In this document: piece by piece, positions 58,684 through 64,000 of the stretch
Layout of the letters: every line of letters begins with the position of its first letter
Numbering within the stretch: the stretch's first letter is position 1
NCBI GenBank assembly: GCA_035193785.1
Contig: CP136572.1
Span: 448,001 to 512,000 of the forward strand
From: Planktothrix sp. GU0601_MAG3
Lineage (GTDB): Bacteria > Cyanobacteriota > Cyanobacteriia > Cyanobacteriales > Microcoleaceae
Direction of reading: 5' to 3'
DNA length: 64,000 nt
Position numbers and translations under genes: made by a program
Notes under the pieces: model-generated
What the model was told of the DNA's origin: nothing
Seen by the model: the letters and a program-made list of their open reading frames with translations, nothing else
Database searches by the model: none

Positions 58684-59472
58684 ATGGATCAGAGAACAGA
58701 ACTATTATTAAAACTCGATATTCTGAAAGAATTTTATACAGAAGAAATCGAAACCATTAGCGAATATTTTTCGATTCATAAGTTCTTTGATTTACAAGCG
58801 ATTATGCCCCAAACAGGTCAGAATCCCTCCTTTGGGATTATTTTATCTGGGGAAGTTAGCATCGGTGATGACCAGATAGAAAATTCCAGTCGGACTAAAG
58901 GGGATATCTTGGGGGAAATGGCATTTGTTCATGGTTTGCGATCGGAATTTATTGCCGCTAGTGATGGGGCGATCGCGATTATGACCTTTGATGATATTGA
59001 GAAATTAAAACTCAAACAACCCTATTTAGCGGTTAAATTGGTTAATTTTGTTACCCGTAATCTGATTAATGATTTACGGAAAAATGACAGAAAAGACAAT
59101 ACAGAAATCCTGGTATTATTAGCTGATGATCATTTATTTTCAGATTTAATTAATTTAATCAAGGATCATCTTCATATTATCAATAACTTTTCCATTGTCA
59201 CCTGCGAAAAATTAAAAACCACCCTAGAAACAAGCACAAATTTAACTATTAGTCAAGTAATTGAACCCCAGAGTTTGATTTTGGGTGAAACCGCCATTGG
59301 TTATCAAATTTTGTTAGATCAAGTTAAAGCCATTGTCTATTTACGAGATCCGATAAAACTCGAATCTAACCCCGCCTCTATTGAAGCCCTATCGCGGTTA
59401 TGTGACTTACAACAGGTTTTATTTGCAACTAATTTATTAACCGCAAATGCTATTTTTCAGTATTTAGAATAA
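58684..59472 (+). CDS. cNMP-binding domain fused to a methylglyoxal-synthase-like domain
   Basis: IILSGEV..GDILGEMAF; C-terminal VYLRDP..ALSRLCD..ATNLLTA. Confidence 0.7.
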   Translation: MDQRTELLLKLDILKEFYTEEIETISEYFSIHKFFDLQAIMPQTGQNPSFGIILSGEVSIGDDQIENSSRTKGDILGEMAFVHGLRSEFIAASDGAIAIMTFDDIEKLKLKQPYLAVKLVNFVTRNLINDLRKNDRKDNTEILVLLADDHLFSDLINLIKDHLHIINNFSIVTCEKLKTTLETSTNLTISQVIEPQSLILGETAIGYQILLDQVKAIVYLRDPIKLESNPASIEALSRLCDLQQVLFATNLLTANAIFQYLE

Positions 59473-59499
59473 AACCCATAATGCTCAGGAGATAATCCC

Positions 59500-60592
59500 A
59501 TGAATCAACGAGTTTTAATCCTAGGAGGCAGAGGACGAATTGGCGATAGTGTTGCCGAAGATCTCGCCCAACATACCGCCGCCGAGATCACCATTACCGG
59601 AAGGAAATTGACGGATAATAGGGCGATAAATCCCCGATTTAAACAGTTAGAATTAGATTTAGCAGATGAAAAAAAATTAGAAACGGCGATCGCCAATTCC
59701 GACTTAGTTATTCACTGTGCTGGGCCGTTTCAATATCGAGATTTAGGAGTTTTAAAAACCTGTATTCAACATCATATTAACTATATTGATGTGAGTGATA
59801 ATCGAGACTTTACCCGCCGGATTTTTGAGCATTCTGAAGTGGCAAAAAATGCCGGAGTTACCGCTATTATTAATACGGGTATTTTCCCGGGTATTTCTAA
59901 TAGTATGGTGCGCCAGGGTGTGGAACAATTTGATCAGGTGGAAAAAATCCACCTAAGTTATGTAGTTGGCGGGTCTGGGGGGGCTGGAATTACCGTGATG
60001 AGAACCACCTTTCTCGGGCTACAATCTCCGTTTCAAGTGTGGATAAACGGACAATGGCAAACCATTAAACCCTACAGCGAACGGGAAACCATTGAATTTC
60101 CGATTCCCTACGGAAAAACCGGAGTTTATTGGTTTGATATGCCAGAATGTTTCACTTTAGTAGACTCTTTTCCCGTTAAAACTGTGATTACCAAATTTGG
60201 CACTATTCCCGATTTTTATAATTATTTAACTTGGAGTGTTGCCCATTGGTGGCCAGAAAGTTGGCTGCAAAATCCCGCCGTGATTGAGTTTTTATCCCAG
60301 GTAAGTTATCGGATGACCAATGTAACCGATATTTGGGGTGGTATCGGGGTAGCTGTTTCGTTCCTGTGTGACCGGAATTAAACAGGGAAAAACCGTTGAT
60401 TTTTGTTCTACAATTGTTCATAAAAATACTGCTAAAATTGCCGGAATTGGTACGGGAACGATTGCGGAACTTTGCTTAAACGGTGAACTGCAAAAGCCCG
60501 GAGTTTGGCCAGTAGAACAGATACTTTCAACCTACCTATTTGAAGCCGCTCTGAATCAACGTGGCGTTAATATTCAAACCAATTTTAGTTAG
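59500..60592 (+). CDS. Saccharopine dehydrogenase-like oxidoreductase (frameshift at 60355)
   Basis: GGRGRIG, VIHCAGPF, YIDVSD, TGIFPGISN. Confidence 0.88.
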
Positions 60593-60604
60593 AAATTAAA
60601 CAGA

Positions 60605-60871
60605 TTAGCGCAAAAATGGAGGGCGTTTGGTATCCGTATCGGTTTTATTTTTAGCCGACTCAGCCAGGAAACGTTTTAAGGCTTTTTCACGGTTTTTCAT
60701 AAACGCCCCCCAAAACCCGGGTTGAAACTCATCCATCGTTTTCGCTAAAGCCCAAACATCAATGGCTAGGATGTTGTACATTCGTTCATCTTCGCACTTG
60801 AGGGTATTAATCTGTTCTAGGAGCTTGCGTTTTATACCAGAAATCGATTGATCTTCGTCGTTGGTGTTCAT
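60605..60871 (-). CDS. Hypothetical protein
   Basis: 88-aa ORF with protein-like composition between recognisable features. Confidence 0.65.
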   Translation of the reverse strand: MNTNDEDQSISGIKRKLLEQINTLKCEDERMYNILAIDVWALAKTMDEFQPGFWGAFMKNREKALKRFLAESAKNKTDTDTKRPPFLR

Positions 60872-60884
60872 ATTAAACGTTTCA

Positions 60885-61231
60885 TCAGAAAAATGGGTTT
60901 GAAACCCCGTCCTTCTAGGACGGCTTTATATGGAATTGATAGTTTCACAATTAGCAAGCTAAAATGTGAGACATGGAAAAAGCTCACCGCTACCAATTTT
61001 ACCCAACACCCGAACAGGAGTCGCTATGGCGACGGACTTTGGGGTGTGTAAGATTGGTTTACAACAAGCCCCTCAATGAAATAACTCAAGGGTGGTAAGC
61101 AAGACAGCAGAGGGTTGGATATAACCAAACCTCTACACAGAGTAAATCTGTTAAGGCTTCTGCTATGAAACAGAAACCTAAGTTGTGAAGCTTAGGAATC
61201 CCCATCGCGTTACTCGCGCAGAGGATGTCAA
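60885..61231 (+). mobile_element. Internally deleted IS605-family miniature element (tnpB remnant)
   Basis: Left hairpin GAAACCCCGTCCTTCTAGGACGG; MEKAHRYQFYPTPEQESLWRRTLGCVRLVYNK..W* from 60973; right end GAGGATGTCAA; left boundary approximate. Confidence 0.82.
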
Positions 61232-61291
61232 AAAATGGCGTAGCAGCTTAGAATCAACAGAGTGAGTTCTAGCAGAATACTTTTGATTAAT

Positions 61292-61841
61292 ATGTTACGT
61301 CAAACTTCTTTGGGCGCCCTAGGTTTAGTGGTGGGTGGAATCTTAACTGTAGTGGGTTTTGCTGCCTATTTTGCGGATAATGCCACCTTGAACTTAGCTG
61401 GATTTTTCTATGGAATTCCCGTATTGTTAGGAGGGTTAGCCCTGAAAGCGGCAGAACTCAAACCCATCCCATTTACTCAAGCGACATCCTCTGAGGTCTT
61501 AGCTCGCCGAGAAACAGCAGGCTACAGACACCCAAAATCAAGTCCGCAAGGATGTCACCCGGTATCGCTATGGCCAAGAAGCCCATTTATCCGATGTCCT
61601 AGAACGTCTGGGACTTAGCCCCAACCGTGAAGAACGTCCCCTCCTCCAGGGTATTCGAGAAACCCTGATTAATGATTCCTATTCTTTGATTTTAGAGTTC
61701 GATTCTCCCTTTATGTCTTTGGACAATTGGCAAAAAAAACAAGACAAAATTGCTAAGTTTTTTGGCCCTAATTTACAGGTTCAAATTACCCAACCCCGAG
61801 AAGAACAGATTGATGTTGCCTTAATTTCAGAGCCAACTTAG
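61292..61841 (+). CDS. DUF2854-like membrane protein (frameshift at 61511)
   Basis: FFYGIPVLLGGLALKAAELKP; corrected frame gives QVRKDVTRYRYGQEAHL..KFFGP. Confidence 0.82.
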
Positions 61842-61956
61842 TTTGGTTCTTTAGTAGATAGTATGCTGAAGTAATACCAAACCCCATAACCCTAGTTTTC
61901 CAGGTGCACTGTTCCTCGACAACTGGGTTTTATGGTAGTTCACCTCCTCCTATATA

Positions 61957-62871
61957 ATGGAAAATGTTTCAATTTATACTAAAATGAGCAAAGGTTTTAG
62001 ATACATCAAAAAGTTCAATATTTGGGGGAAAAGAAACTTTTATAAAACCAGACTCCTTGCCATCGGAATTTTGGCTGTTAACCTTCCCTTAATCTTTTAT
62101 ATACTTTATCTAATCTTTTCTGCTCAGTCCTTTTTGAGTGGGGATATTTTGACTATTATTTTTATCGGTACAATCGCAGGTGTTTTTTTATTATACCGAT
62201 ATATTAACTCGATTAAACAGTCTATATTATTAGTAACAAAATCCCTGGATTTGTATTCTAATCAAGGAGAAATTCCAGAATTTACTCCGAGCCACTATTG
62301 GGAAATTAACCAACTCTACAAAGCGATTAAATTTGCCATTCAAAGTAGTGAACAAAATATTTTTGACCTAGAAAATATTATTCTATCTCATCAAGAAGAA
62401 TCCCTACAAATTGTTCTGGGACGAGAAACCGCAGAAACCCATCTTCGCCAATGTTTAAGTATAGCAAACCGTCACCATTTATCCCTGTGTGTTGCTCTAA
62501 TTAGTGTCGAAGACAGCACGTCAACTGAAAACTCAGATTTCTTAGCAACCCCATCCCCCCAAATTATTAATTTAATGCAGGAATTAAAACAAATTTTGCG
62601 CGAAAGTGATTGGGTTGCCAACTGGAAAAAGGATGAATTTTTACTCGCTATTTTTTCAGAATTACCCGGAACAAAAATAGCACTCAACCGAATTTTAGAT
62701 CGTTTGGTGAACCAAGAAGAATCCTTTGAAAATAATAGTTCTACCCAGTGTTCTATCTATATCGGATATACAAAAGCCCAACCCAATGAACACTATCGCG
62801 CCTGCATTGATCGCATAAATCAAGCCCTACAACAAGCTAAAAACACAGGAGAACGTTGTGTTTATTTTTGA
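61957..62871 (+). CDS. Membrane protein with a degenerate GGDEF domain
   Basis: Two TM helices; LRESDWVANWKKDEFL and ALQQAKNTG. Confidence 0.75.
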   Translation: MENVSIYTKMSKGFRYIKKFNIWGKRNFYKTRLLAIGILAVNLPLIFYILYLIFSAQSFLSGDILTIIFIGTIAGVFLLYRYINSIKQSILLVTKSLDLYSNQGEIPEFTPSHYWEINQLYKAIKFAIQSSEQNIFDLENIILSHQEESLQIVLGRETAETHLRQCLSIANRHHLSLCVALISVEDSTSTENSDFLATPSPQIINLMQELKQILRESDWVANWKKDEFLLAIFSELPGTKIALNRILDRLVNQEESFENNSSTQCSIYIGYTKAQPNEHYRACIDRINQALQQAKNTGERCVYF

Positions 62872-62891
62872 GGGAATAGGGGTAATTACAA

Positions 62892-63027
62892 ATTACGAAT
62901 TACGAATTACGAATTACGAATTACGGATGGGTAATGGGTAATGGGTAATGGGTAATGGGTAAGAGTTGACCTCCCCTGCTCCCCCTGCTCCCCCTGCTCC
63001 CCCTGCTCCCCCTGCTCCCCCTGCTCC
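62892..63027. repeat. Clustered short tandem repeats (ATTACGA)n, (ATGGGTA)n, (CTCCCCCTG)n
   Basis: Directly visible; typical of filamentous cyanobacteria. Confidence 0.9.
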
Positions 63028-63031
63028 TCTG

Positions 63032-63668
63032 TTAACTCTTAACTTCCGTCATTTCAATAACGCGGTCATCTAAATCTTTCACTAAAAAATTTAACGGTCT
63101 TTCGCTGCGAATTTTATGTTTTACGCCGCGCAATTGTACCCGCATTAAAATTTGTTCTAAACAGTCTTTATCAAAACAAACATGACGTTTCTTGATCTTT
63201 TGAACCATAACTAGCTCCACTAATAATATGTAACTGAGTGTTTTTCATCAGTTGATACCATAATCCCTCCGTGCCCTGCATTTTAGAGGTTACAGTATTC
63301 CCCGCAGGAGCAGAAAGATAAAGGGGATCAATTCCAGCCCCTAAAGTTTGTTCATAGTTATAGTAATAATGTAAAGGTACATCTGCCACGGATAGTCCTA
63401 ATAAACCTTCATAAAAATCCCGGGCTACATTCAAATCAGAAACCATAATCGTGTGAACTTTCGGCGCACTGGTGAGAAACATCCACATAGCAACGGCATA
63501 GGCCGCCAGTAACATCACCATCACTCCCTGAGTCGAAAAAATCCCATCAAAAACCGGAAATTCAGGGAAAAACGCACTTAACGGTAAAAAATGAAATGAA
63601 AAATTCATAAAATTAACGGCTATCAGCATAAATAAATTCAGAGGTAGGAAACCAATAATCGCCACCAT
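63032..63668 (-). CDS. Glyoxalase/VOC-like protein with N-terminal membrane segment (frameshift at 63187)
   Basis: VHTIMVSDL..ARDFYEGLLGL, QLHII, RHVCF, VKDLDDRVIEM; true start uncertain. Confidence 0.78.
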
Positions 63669-63767
63669 CCCAAAGGCTGAGATGATCTGCTAGTGATCAT
63701 GTTAACAAAAAGTTTCAGCAACTCCTGTACAATCATATTTTTTTAGTCCAGACGTTGCAGCTTAACG

Positions 63768-64000
63768 ATGACCAATCAAATTGATGTGTTTGTATACGGT
63801 ACGCTCAAGCCAGGGGAATGTAACTATCAACGCTATTGTCAGGGGCGAGTTATAGCCAGTCGTCCGGCCCTGGCCTCGGGAAAACTCTATGCCCTATCTT
63901 TAGGTTATCCGGGGATGGTAGCTGGGGATGGTATCGTGCAGGGGGTGATTTTATCCTTTGCAGACCCTCATATTTTTTTAGATTTAGATCAATTAGAAGA
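63768..64000 (+). CDS. Gamma-glutamylcyclotransferase family protein (partial)
   Basis: MTNQIDVFVYGTLKPGECNY..LGYPGM..LDQLE. Confidence 0.85.
   Translation, partial: MTNQIDVFVYGTLKPGECNYQRYCQGRVIASRPALASGKLYALSLGYPGMVAGDGIVQGVILSFADPHIFLDLDQLE

Noticed and set aside
61934..61944. GGTAGTTCACC resembling the IS605 right end
   Set aside because: Only an 11-bp match with no other element sequence; the adjacent hairpin may be a terminator.
904..63668. Mass pseudogenisation or programmed frameshifting of many genes
   Set aside because: Essential genes are hit, breaks share one motif and identical paralogous contexts are intact; systematic sequencing error fits better.

Overview
Cyanobacterial chromosomal DNA, inferred from psbM, psbK, dapF-hfq synteny, frequent HIP1 GCGATCGC sites and short dispersed repeats; it resembles a filamentous Planktothrix-type genome. 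Housekeeping genes (hisH, rsmD, cysQ-like, hisF, ffh, tyrS, PBP1A, yajQ, dapF, hfq) flank three IS200/IS605 elements in different states of decay and a ~19-kb accessory island (28.55-47.8 kb). The island holds four tandem DUF4347/RTX surface proteins and a convergent TPR-O-GlcNAc transferase-TIGR03032 fusion gene. Three of the surface proteins carry exactly seven FG-GAP blades with near-invariant frameworks and two hypervariable loops per blade. Other notable signals: (i) all 25 frameshifts I could locate are insertions in GAAC/GTTC (23) or GTAC (2), which suggests a read-error footprint of a DNA modification such as phosphorothioation; (ii) an orphan two-repeat CRISPR mini-array whose spacer plus second repeat form a sigma70-like promoter in front of an unknown secreted protein; (iii) a REP-like palindrome inserted in-frame in a gene and amplified as a 26-bp tandem array; (iv) candidate structured RNAs. 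Frameshifted genes are reported as single merged CDS. No searches or computations were run.
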